Source of the DNA: a virus
Length of the DNA stretch: 64,000 nucleotides
Strand: one strand, 5' to 3'
IMG/VR virus record: IMGVR_UViG_3300040801_003310
Coordinates: 6,657-70,656 of that record
The notes beneath the pieces were generated by a model. It had not been told where the DNA came from. It did not search any database and saw nothing but the letters and a program-made list of their open reading frames with translations. Shown one piece after another: positions 9,127-16,773 of the stretch. Within the stretch, counting starts at the first letter, position 1. Each line of letters starts with the position of its first letter. A program made the translations under genes and the position numbers.

Positions 9127-9192
9127 TTTTTTCTCCTTCCTAACGCGGATGTCTATTGTAAGTCTACCACCTTTGTGTGGTAAAAGTATTTA
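9121..9192 (-). promoter_or_regulatory. Late-type promoter plus structured folE leader
   Basis: CTAAATA at 9187-9192, hairpin TACCAC/GTGGTA, and AGACAT complementary to the ATGTCT start. Confidence 0.45.
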
Positions 9193-9195
9193 GCA

Positions 9196-9810
9196 TTATC
9201 CTGCGTTTATCGTAATTTTTCTAAGATCAGGGTATTCGACCATTGAGCTAGGTTTAATATCCCCGCGGGTTAACCGTGCTGCACCAATTATGCATTCTTC
9301 GGGGGTCATCCTATAATGATAACCCACAGTAAATTCTTTTTGGGCTTGCCACGGCGTAATTGATAAATCGCGACCATCATATGCGGCGAGTTTAAGCCAC
9401 TTGTATGCTTCTTCGTTGTCAGTTAATATTGCGCCACCTCGGCCCAATTCAAAGGGCTTGCCATAGCCAAAACTCAAACATTCATATTGCCCTTCGCAAT
9501 ACATGTTCTCCTCAAATAATCTAGCACAGTCCCAAATTGGCGTGTTAACTAATCTGTATTTTAAATGCCATGTCCTATCCATTAACCTATAAGGTATATT
9601 CAATTTGTGGAAGATCATTGGCACCGAGAGGTAGGTATATGCTGGTATACCTACCTCCCAATCGACTTTTAAGTATCGTAAGCACAATTCGATTGCATGA
9701 GTGCAGCAATCTGTGGCTACTGCAAACGGTGCACCGGTATATTTTGCTATTGCTTCTTCAAAATCATCTATAGCATTAAACGGATTATTGTACTGTGATA
9801 ACGGTTTCAC
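9196..9810 (-). CDS. Short DegT/DnrJ/EryC1/StrS PLP aminotransferase-like protein
   Basis: FAVATDCCTHAIEL, IPAYTYLSV, SFGYGKPFELGRGGAILTD (PLP Lys); start probably the GTG overlapping the upstream TGA. Confidence 0.75.
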   Translation of the reverse strand: MKPLSQYNNPFNAIDDFEEAIAKYTGAPFAVATDCCTHAIELCLRYLKVDWEVGIPAYTYLSVPMIFHKLNIPYRLMDRTWHLKYRLVNTPIWDCARLFEENMYCEGQYECLSFGYGKPFELGRGGAILTDNEEAYKWLKLAAYDGRDLSITPWQAQKEFTVGYHYRMTPEECIIGAARLTRGDIKPSSMVEYPDLRKITINAG

Positions 9811-10064
9811 GACTTTAATGCTGACACTGTTATTAACTGATCCCATGCTTCTTTAACAGCCGGATCGTATTGAATTTGTTTTTTAATTTTTGAAAGCAAT
9901 GTCAAATCTTTAATAAACAAATCATATCCTTCGAAGTTTGGCATAGTGGAAGTCATTCCAACATCAAGACGTTGGCAGCCATCGTTGACTTCTACTTTAA
10001 AGTCAGAAACATAAAGATGCCATTCGCTTAGATCTAAAGTCATACTATCAAAAAAGATTGCCAT
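9807..10064 (-). CDS. Hypothetical protein with C-terminal PAVKEAWD helix
   Basis: 85 aa. Confidence 0.65.
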   Translation of the reverse strand: MAIFFDSMTLDLSEWHLYVSDFKVEVNDGCQRLDVGMTSTMPNFEGYDLFIKDLTLLSKIKKQIQYDPAVKEAWDQLITVSALKS

Positions 10065-11236
10065 TAAAACTTTGATTCAGCAACATAATCACGGTAACGA
10101 TTACCGTCGCGGCGCCACTTTTCGCCAGTGCCTTCCATGATATCAATACACCGGTCAACGGTTCCGTTGGTCCAGTCAGAGATCTTGCCCATGTCCTGGT
10201 TCTCGTGTGCTAACAGATAAAGTAACTTATCTTCGGCACTATCAAGACTCCACGGCACATATAACCGATCGTGATCGTTTGCAAATGTTTCTGGGAACGA
10301 ACGATATGCTGGATATAATACATTAGTACCTAAGGCGTCGGCTTCAGACACTGTATTTGATACCCAATCTTGTAATGCACAGTTAAATAGCACTCGGCTA
10401 TTTGCAAGAATCTCATAATATGCATTCTTGGTTAAGTTTTCATGAATGCTTAACTTGCCTTCATATTCAAGTATACGAGCCCTTTCGATATACTTTGGAT
10501 TGTTTGAACGCAGAGGCCCACCCTGTAGAACACAAAATTCAATATTTGAATCCATTGTATGAACACGTTCTATAAGATCCATATAGAAATCTGGCTGTTT
10601 CTCTTGGTCCCATCGTGCTGCAAAAACTACACGCAACGGACGATCTTGAAATGCTGGGATATTTTCTACTCGGCTCCTAACCTCTTCTTTACTAAAGGCA
10701 AGTCCCGAAATATTATAGATAGGTGCTTTCCATCCAGCAATTCGCATATGGGCAACCATCTCTTCGTTTGTAGCAAGAACGTGAATGTTTGGCATAGCAT
10801 TTACCATTTTCTCAAACAAACTCATCCAGTCGCTCATTCCCCAAACATGAACAAAGTCGTCGGGGTCGATAGTCTGGGCTAAACAACGAACAAATACTTT
10901 TGGTCGATCTTTCTCAGGAATCTGATTCATAATATAACCCAACGACTCAATGCCAGGTGTGAACATGTCTTCAAAAAAGATAACATCTTCACCGGTTACT
11001 TCACCGTTGCGCATCATCTGGACCAGGTTCATCATCTGGGACATTGAGAAGAATGATCTACCATGGGCGTCGAGAACCTGCCCGACTTGGATGCTCTTAG
11101 TATTGTCGATCTCCTGACCGGGGACAATTACATAGTCAATGCCACGCCTCTTGAACACCCGCTCACTCCAATCGGTTAGCTGATAAGTATATCGGGCCTG
11201 ATATGACTCTAAGCCCATGTAGATCAATTTTCTCAT
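10064..11236 (-). CDS. GT-B glycosyltransferase (GT4/GTDC1-like)
   Basis: VFAARWDQEKQP; YYEILANSRVLFNCALQDWVSNTVSEADALGTNVLYPAYRSFPE donor-binding region. Confidence 0.8.
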   Translation of the reverse strand: MRKLIYMGLESYQARYTYQLTDWSERVFKRRGIDYVIVPGQEIDNTKSIQVGQVLDAHGRSFFSMSQMMNLVQMMRNGEVTGEDVIFFEDMFTPGIESLGYIMNQIPEKDRPKVFVRCLAQTIDPDDFVHVWGMSDWMSLFEKMVNAMPNIHVLATNEEMVAHMRIAGWKAPIYNISGLAFSKEEVRSRVENIPAFQDRPLRVVFAARWDQEKQPDFYMDLIERVHTMDSNIEFCVLQGGPLRSNNPKYIERARILEYEGKLSIHENLTKNAYYEILANSRVLFNCALQDWVSNTVSEADALGTNVLYPAYRSFPETFANDHDRLYVPWSLDSAEDKLLYLLAHENQDMGKISDWTNGTVDRCIDIMEGTGEKWRRDGNRYRDYVAESKF

Positions 11237-11442
11237 ATTACTCTTCCTTGCCTTACAGGCATAACTTTCATATATACCCGAGCGTTTTTGTCTTCAAAAC
11301 TCTCAAAGTAAACCCGACCATGATTTGTTACACAAATTGCCTTATTAGGGTCAACTAGCTTTACAGACAAAATATCTCCATTAGGATACATTGCTTGTAA
11401 AGCAGTCCCAAAATCGTAAGCAGGGGTTACATACCCGTTCAT
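11233..11442 (-). CDS. Hypothetical protein
   Basis: 69 aa, ATGA-coupled on both sides. Confidence 0.6.
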   Translation of the reverse strand: MNGYVTPAYDFGTALQAMYPNGDILSVKLVDPNKAICVTNHGRVYFESFEDKNARVYMKVMPVRQGRVI

Positions 11443-11654
11443 GCCATTTTCTCTTTATCAATGGACCATTGGTCCTTAGCACGTTTTCCTGTACGGAACT
11501 TGTTGAACTGCTGGAACGGATACTTCTTCATATTATAAAGATCCGACTCGTCAAACTTATATCCAAAGTCCCGACAAAAATCTCGATACGCATCCAGGTC
11601 ATCAAAGATCTGGGTTAGTGCAGGGTTCGAGTATTTGGTGTGCTTTTTTACCAT
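11439..11654 (-). CDS. Hypothetical protein
   Basis: 71 aa, IFDDLDAYRDFCRDFGYKFDESDLY. Confidence 0.7.
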   Translation of the reverse strand: MVKKHTKYSNPALTQIFDDLDAYRDFCRDFGYKFDESDLYNMKKYPFQQFNKFRTGKRAKDQWSIDKEKMA

Positions 11655-11701
11655 TGTTGTAGTACCTATGTTATAGTTAAAATAAAGGTTAAGTGTTGTG
11701 G

Positions 11702-12112
11702 TTAATATTCAATACGGCAACCACATTCGCCGTCTTCCGAAACTTCAATTACCATTTTTCGTCCCGGATAACGTATAGCAAGAGTGCTATACAAATCGTC
11801 AGCAAGCATTTCGACAGACTTATGATCGATATCGATATGCGTACCAAACAAACTTTCGCAATAGTTCAATAACTGATGAAATTCAATTTCGCGGTCATTA
11901 TGAAATATTTCAACTGCTACTCGAAACTTGAACAGGTGCCGATGAGTATGCCCTAAATACTTTACGTCTTCTAAACTTACTTCGGTGTTTGCTGCTGGAT
12001 AGTGATGAAATCCTGCACGTTGAAAAGTAACCCACACATATCGGGTAGCATTATGCATTTTGTTTACGGCAATTTCACGTAATGCTTGTAGTCTTTGTTC
12101 TTCTACGTTCAT
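11702..12112 (-). CDS. QueD-like T-fold protein, putative CDG decarboxylase (DpdL-like)
   Basis: LGHTHRHLF (LxxxHRHxF instead of QueD CxxxHGH), DREIEF, SVEMLA, VSEDGE. Confidence 0.7.
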   Translation of the reverse strand: MNVEEQRLQALREIAVNKMHNATRYVWVTFQRAGFHHYPAANTEVSLEDVKYLGHTHRHLFKFRVAVEIFHNDREIEFHQLLNYCESLFGTHIDIDHKSVEMLADDLYSTLAIRYPGRKMVIEVSEDGECGCRIEY

Positions 12113-12127
12113 ATTATGATTATACTT

Positions 12128-12658
12128 TTAAAGTGTTTTGTCGTCAAGATAATCTGACCAAGTAGTAAAGGTGCGTTCGTCCATTAAGTTATGAATTCTA
12201 TGTACCCATACTCCTGGGTTGGTTGCTTGAAAATCAGTATCATCAAGTTTTAAATGAGCATGATAACCTAGTTGGTTAATGTACGGCAATTTCACCGACA
12301 ATACCGGAATAAATGTTGAATGTCCAACCATAGTAGTTTCGCATAGTTGTTCAGCATACTTAACATCAAGGTCAAGCACACACCAATATTTGTATTCCTC
12401 CAAGCAAGGCATGATCATTTCTTCCCATTTGCGCCACGCATCGTAGAGGGTTTCATCTTTGTTTAATGCAAAACTTTGATTAGCACCGAAATAGATAGCT
12501 TCGACCTTTTCTTCCTTAGCATACTCAATAATATCATCTACTGGTTGTAAGCCAACAACAAATAGTGTTCGACGTTTAAGTGTTGGCAAGTGTTCTACTT
12601 CAGTTCCGATAAAAAATCTTACGCTTTCATGGCCTTCACGGTTCATGTTATTCCTCAA
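12128..12658 (-). CDS. Hypothetical protein linked to dpdA
   Basis: 176 aa between dpdA and the DpdL-like gene; TLFVVG, IYFGANQSF, NPGVWVH. Confidence 0.7.
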   Translation of the reverse strand: MRNNMNREGHESVRFFIGTEVEHLPTLKRRTLFVVGLQPVDDIIEYAKEEKVEAIYFGANQSFALNKDETLYDAWRKWEEMIMPCLEEYKYWCVLDLDVKYAEQLCETTMVGHSTFIPVLSVKLPYINQLGYHAHLKLDDTDFQATNPGVWVHRIHNLMDERTFTTWSDYLDDKTL

Positions 12659-14174
12659 AAATACTTGTATTGATTGTAGGTTTTTCTTTCTTTGTTTTCA
12701 AATCTTTTGACGTAAAAATTGTACCAATTTCTCCAAACTTATCATCAAACATTGCTCTAGCGTTTCGTGGTTTTGCACCACCCATTCCCCTGGCACCTGG
12801 GACCGCTCGCCAAAGAGAATCATAATGTTCAATCTTTTCCATACGTTTTTCATAATCGGCTTCGTCAAAGATATCTTTAATAGCTTCACGTATGGTCCAA
12901 CCGGTGTGTCCACGAACCTTCATTGGTGGATTATGCCCAGCATCATGCTGACGATTTGCAGCTTGTACCGCATTAATATGCTGCCAAACATTGTGGCTCA
13001 TCATCAATGCATATGAAAATGAATCCCAACTAGTTCTTCCTTCTTTACCAATTTTATTTAGATCTCCAGGTGCATATACGCAAACATCTTTTATCATTAG
13101 CCGTTCGGATATTGGCGAATCTTCAAATACGTCATGGATGCCATCTTGTAGTACAGCATCTCGGAAAGACCGTGTATCATTTGCATACTTTTTATCATCA
13201 GCAGTTGGACTCATAGAATACGACCAACGGCTGTCATCATTTATTCGAGTGTGATGATAGATTTGCCCGTTCGCTGTAGCAAGAAATGGACTGGCGCAAT
13301 CAAAAGAGATAGTAAAGTTTTCGTTGTGTGTTCTTCGGACCGCTCTTTGTATCTCGGTCAACAAAACTGCCCATTCAAGTTTACTGGTGCCCAAAAAATG
13401 CATCCAGTCGTGCATTCCTTTTTCTAAAAGACCTTCGTGGATTAAAGTGACGATGCGCTTTAACGCGAGCTCTGGCTCGGCCATATTCAGCCCGCCCATT
13501 GCCCACCCGCGGAAGAACTTTTCATGCTTCTTTGGGTCACTATACTCTTTCATTTCTTCATACCAAGCGTCGGCATCTTTATGATTGCTACCTTGTAATA
13601 CGTTTAGGAACTTAGCATCATTCGTGCTATGTCGCATAAAATATTCGTGATTGTATTTTGTTGCATCTACAGCATCTTGTACAGTTTTGATATTAGTTTT
13701 TGCTACCCATGTTGGGTTCGTACAAGTCCAGGTTGGGATATCTAATGTCATACTATAATCAGAAATTTGGCATAACCATTTAAGAACGGTACTGCGATAT
13801 TTCTCAGCTTGTTTATCATTCGGGTTAGTCCAGTCGGCTTCCCATACACCCTTGGCAATCTGGAATCCACCTGAGTCGGCAAGTAGCGTGGTATGTTTAC
13901 CACGCTTGCGAATCATATTTTCTTTTGGTGAATGTTTTGTTAGATCTAAATCCGCATGACCTGCTGAATATAACCCCCATTTATAGTGGAATAGTCCTTT
14001 TTGAGGATTGAAAAAGTTTAGCATCTCCATTTCAGGAATACCGGCTGGCATTCTTTCAGACGGAACATAATTTGGATCTTCTTGCTGCTTTCCGATATAG
14101 GTCGCATAGAAGGACGATATTGCTGGCAAAAAGACAGCATAATCGTGTTGTTTACTTGTTAAATCATCTTGCAT
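12648..14174 (-). CDS. dpdA: TGT-family guanine transglycosylase (DpdA-like)
   Basis: LADSGGFQ, MTLDIP, LNVLQG, GWAMGG, MHFLG, ISFDCASPF; lies in a queE/queD/folE cluster. Confidence 0.82.
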   Translation of the reverse strand: MQDDLTSKQHDYAVFLPAISSFYATYIGKQQEDPNYVPSERMPAGIPEMEMLNFFNPQKGLFHYKWGLYSAGHADLDLTKHSPKENMIRKRGKHTTLLADSGGFQIAKGVWEADWTNPNDKQAEKYRSTVLKWLCQISDYSMTLDIPTWTCTNPTWVAKTNIKTVQDAVDATKYNHEYFMRHSTNDAKFLNVLQGSNHKDADAWYEEMKEYSDPKKHEKFFRGWAMGGLNMAEPELALKRIVTLIHEGLLEKGMHDWMHFLGTSKLEWAVLLTEIQRAVRRTHNENFTISFDCASPFLATANGQIYHHTRINDDSRWSYSMSPTADDKKYANDTRSFRDAVLQDGIHDVFEDSPISERLMIKDVCVYAPGDLNKIGKEGRTSWDSFSYALMMSHNVWQHINAVQAANRQHDAGHNPPMKVRGHTGWTIREAIKDIFDEADYEKRMEKIEHYDSLWRAVPGARGMGGAKPRNARAMFDDKFGEIGTIFTSKDLKTKKEKPTINTSIFEE

Positions 14175-14175
14175 G

Positions 14176-14400
14176 TTAGTTTTTCTGTGTTAACTTCTTA
14201 AGCATTTGATATTTTTCCCAGGCTTCTTGTAGACCGGGGGTATCTAATCTTTGTAATGCATCACCAAGAATCATAGCTTCAAGGCATTCTATGCGCTTAA
14301 TAAGACGAGTAATAACTATTTCTGTTCTCTCACCTTGCTGCGGATCTGCATACATTCCTGAACGAGACAGAAACTCTTGAATCCAACGATCATCGTTCAT
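14176..14400 (-). CDS. Hypothetical protein, EAWEKYQ family
   Basis: PGLQEAWEKYQMLKKL C-terminus. Confidence 0.7.
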   Translation of the reverse strand: MNDDRWIQEFLSRSGMYADPQQGERTEIVITRLIKRIECLEAMILGDALQRLDTPGLQEAWEKYQMLKKLTQKN

Positions 14401-14764
14401 CGACTAACCTCAGCATTGTTTGATACTTTTCCCAGGCTTCTTGTAAACCTGGATGCTTGTTCCGAAGATGCTCTTCATGATCCCAAACTCCACGAATACG
14501 GTACAATTCTTCGCGCAAATTCATAATCTCATCACGCATCTCTTGTTCGTATGATCTATAACGATTGTCAAATATAGAGTTCCGTTGACGGGATTCTTCA
14601 TCTTGTACAAACTTTTTTAATTTTTGCAGTTCGGCATTTTGTTGCGGTTGAGAATAATAGAAATATTTCGATTCGGGAGTTTTCCAGTCTTGCAGTTCTT
14701 CAATATAGCGATCCAGGTCCTCGTTAGAAACTTTAATAACTTTAATATTAGTTGGGACTGCCAT
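14390..14764 (-). CDS. Hypothetical protein, EAWEKYQ family
   Basis: HPGLQEAWEKYQTMLRL C-terminus. Confidence 0.7.
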   Translation of the reverse strand: MAVPTNIKVIKVSNEDLDRYIEELQDWKTPESKYFYYSQPQQNAELQKLKKFVQDEESRQRNSIFDNRYRSYEQEMRDEIMNLREELYRIRGVWDHEEHLRNKHPGLQEAWEKYQTMLRLVDER

Positions 14765-15026
14765 CTCGAGTTAACCCTAATAAAATTTGATATTTTTCCC
14801 AAGCATCTTGCAATGCAATATTTTTCCGACGCAATTCTTCATCTGCAATTTCTTTTTTCAGAAGGGCCTCGATTGCTTGTTCTAGATCATAGACACGCTG
14901 ATCAATTTCGCCTTTCCAAGGACCAGCTGCAAATTGTATTTCAAGCCCAGGTCGGCCATTGGCATCCCATTGCGTAGCTTGATCAATTCTTATAAAGCCA
15001 TCGTATGATACTTTAAATTCAATCAT
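14748..15026 (-). CDS. Hypothetical protein, EAWEKYQ family
   Basis: IALQDAWEKYQILLGL C-terminus. Confidence 0.7.
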   Translation of the reverse strand: MIEFKVSYDGFIRIDQATQWDANGRPGLEIQFAAGPWKGEIDQRVYDLEQAIEALLKKEIADEELRRKNIALQDAWEKYQILLGLTRDGSPN

Positions 15027-15748
15027 TACTTGCTTTGTGCTGGCAAAATATAAGTGTATTCAGCAAGTCCTGAATTAACAACAATTTGTGATGCACCGTC
15101 ATCGGATACACGCATTGTTTTATCACCCGGGAGGCTCAATATATTAATAACGTGCCCAACTGGCCAATGCCATCCACGTGCTAACGTTCCAGAAACATCA
15201 TGCTGGAAAACAAAATTACCTGCATGGGTTGAGTGATCACCAAAATACATTACGAGATTATTGTCGACGGTTTTCATAACAAACGTTGGTTCGTCGTTAT
15301 TTGCCTGCGCTTGGTACTTTAGTCGCATAATTGACTGTACGGTTGGCTCTAGCTCAACGTTCCATTTTACGCCTTTAAACTTAACTGTTTTAAGTTTATC
15401 GTCAACAATCTCTTTAACCATAAACCGATAATCGTTTGTAAAGTCACCATCAGCGTTAGTGAATGTTAACCCAACCGGTCCTTTGCTTGCATCATCTTTC
15501 ACGACAATTTTTGCATTTTCCTTATAAGGTTCCAAATTCAAAATTGTTTTCAGCGTACTCAACGATGGCATACCAAAAGTTCCAATAAACTCTGGAATTG
15601 GGTTTAAAAATTTGCCTTGAATGACAACGGACTTATCTTCTGCTAATCCATGGATCAACGTTTCTTTGTCTGTGCCTTCGATCTTAACTAAATCCACGCA
15701 ACCTAAATCGTAGGTATGCTGAACTAAATCCAATAGATAATCTTTCAT
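15026..15748 (-). CDS. Sliding clamp (gp45/PCNA-like)
   Basis: 240 aa two-domain clamp pattern ending YTYILPA; near the DNA polymerase. Confidence 0.7.
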   Translation of the reverse strand: MKDYLLDLVQHTYDLGCVDLVKIEGTDKETLIHGLAEDKSVVIQGKFLNPIPEFIGTFGMPSLSTLKTILNLEPYKENAKIVVKDDASKGPVGLTFTNADGDFTNDYRFMVKEIVDDKLKTVKFKGVKWNVELEPTVQSIMRLKYQAQANNDEPTFVMKTVDNNLVMYFGDHSTHAGNFVFQHDVSGTLARGWHWPVGHVINILSLPGDKTMRVSDDGASQIVVNSGLAEYTYILPAQSK

Positions 15749-15770
15749 TTTGTTTGTTCCTCTTTGATAT

Positions 15771-15799
15771 AGTATACGATAGTCAATTTAATAAATCAA
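15771..15799 (-). promoter_or_regulatory. Sigma70-type promoter
   Basis: TTGATT-N17-TATACT upstream of the clamp gene. Confidence 0.6.
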
Positions 15800-16773
15800 C
15801 TACTTTGGCCTTCAATCTTTTTGACTATTCCTAAGGTTTGGCCGCCGCGTAGGGAATTTGATTGTCCTGGCTTTTTAATTTCGAGCCAATGCACGTTTCG
15901 GTCTGTGGAGTGGTAGTTTAAAATTTCATATCCTAATCCTTCCGCTATGCGCGTTAATAGTTTGCCCGGAACATAGGTATATAATCCAGATTCAAAATTT
16001 GCAACAGATTGGGAATTGTCGCAATCATTGAATGTAAAAAGTACAACGCCGCCAGATCGTAAAAGTAGCAAAAATTCTTCCAGATATGTCTTAATTATTT
16101 CAATTGGTCGTTTGTTGAAAAATTCATTCACTACAATAAAACCAAGTTGGTTATTTGGTATTAAATCTAATAAGTACGGCGCCTGATTCTTTTCTTTTAC
16201 TACCTTATACCTTAATCGACGTTGATACTGCGGCGTGAATAATTTGCGTGACGGACTTAATAATGCTGGGGTTTCGTCAATGAGGTATAATGGATCGCAC
16301 TGGAGCATTGAACTAATTACATTGCCACTAAGTGGACGAATAAGCATGCCAGCATGCTGCCACGATCCATATAAAGAAATTCTGTCTTTATAATATTTTA
16401 GATCATCCTCGTGGTGTATCCAGGTATGAGACTGATGCTCATCTAGCACCAACTTAGTTATATTTGGATATGCTTGTTGCAAATCATATATCTTATAACT
16501 CTTCTCAAATGCATCGTGCTCTAATTCTTGTCTCTTTGATAGAAGCTCTTCTTTTAGAGAATTCAATAAACTTTCAGACTGATCAATTTTATCAAATATA
16601 GATTGCCGACTAATATCTAAGTCATTGACGTATGTTGATATATCAAACTCTTGATGCCCGTGAGATATATCAGTTGTTATCCTATTAAATTTTGATTCAA
16701 CTACATCCTTTAAAGGAGACAACGACAAAGTATCAATGGTGTTGATATATCTAATTAGTTGGCTAAGTTTCAT
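15796..16773 (-). CDS. Class I SAM-methyltransferase-like protein with N-terminal coiled coil
   Basis: IPNNQLGFIVVNEFF...YLEEFLLLLRSGGVVLFTF; Gly-rich motif I is degenerate. Confidence 0.55.
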   Translation of the reverse strand: MKLSQLIRYINTIDTLSLSPLKDVVESKFNRITTDISHGHQEFDISTYVNDLDISRQSIFDKIDQSESLLNSLKEELLSKRQELEHDAFEKSYKIYDLQQAYPNITKLVLDEHQSHTWIHHEDDLKYYKDRISLYGSWQHAGMLIRPLSGNVISSMLQCDPLYLIDETPALLSPSRKLFTPQYQRRLRYKVVKEKNQAPYLLDLIPNNQLGFIVVNEFFNKRPIEIIKTYLEEFLLLLRSGGVVLFTFNDCDNSQSVANFESGLYTYVPGKLLTRIAEGLGYEILNYHSTDRNVHWLEIKKPGQSNSLRGGQTLGIVKKIEGQSS

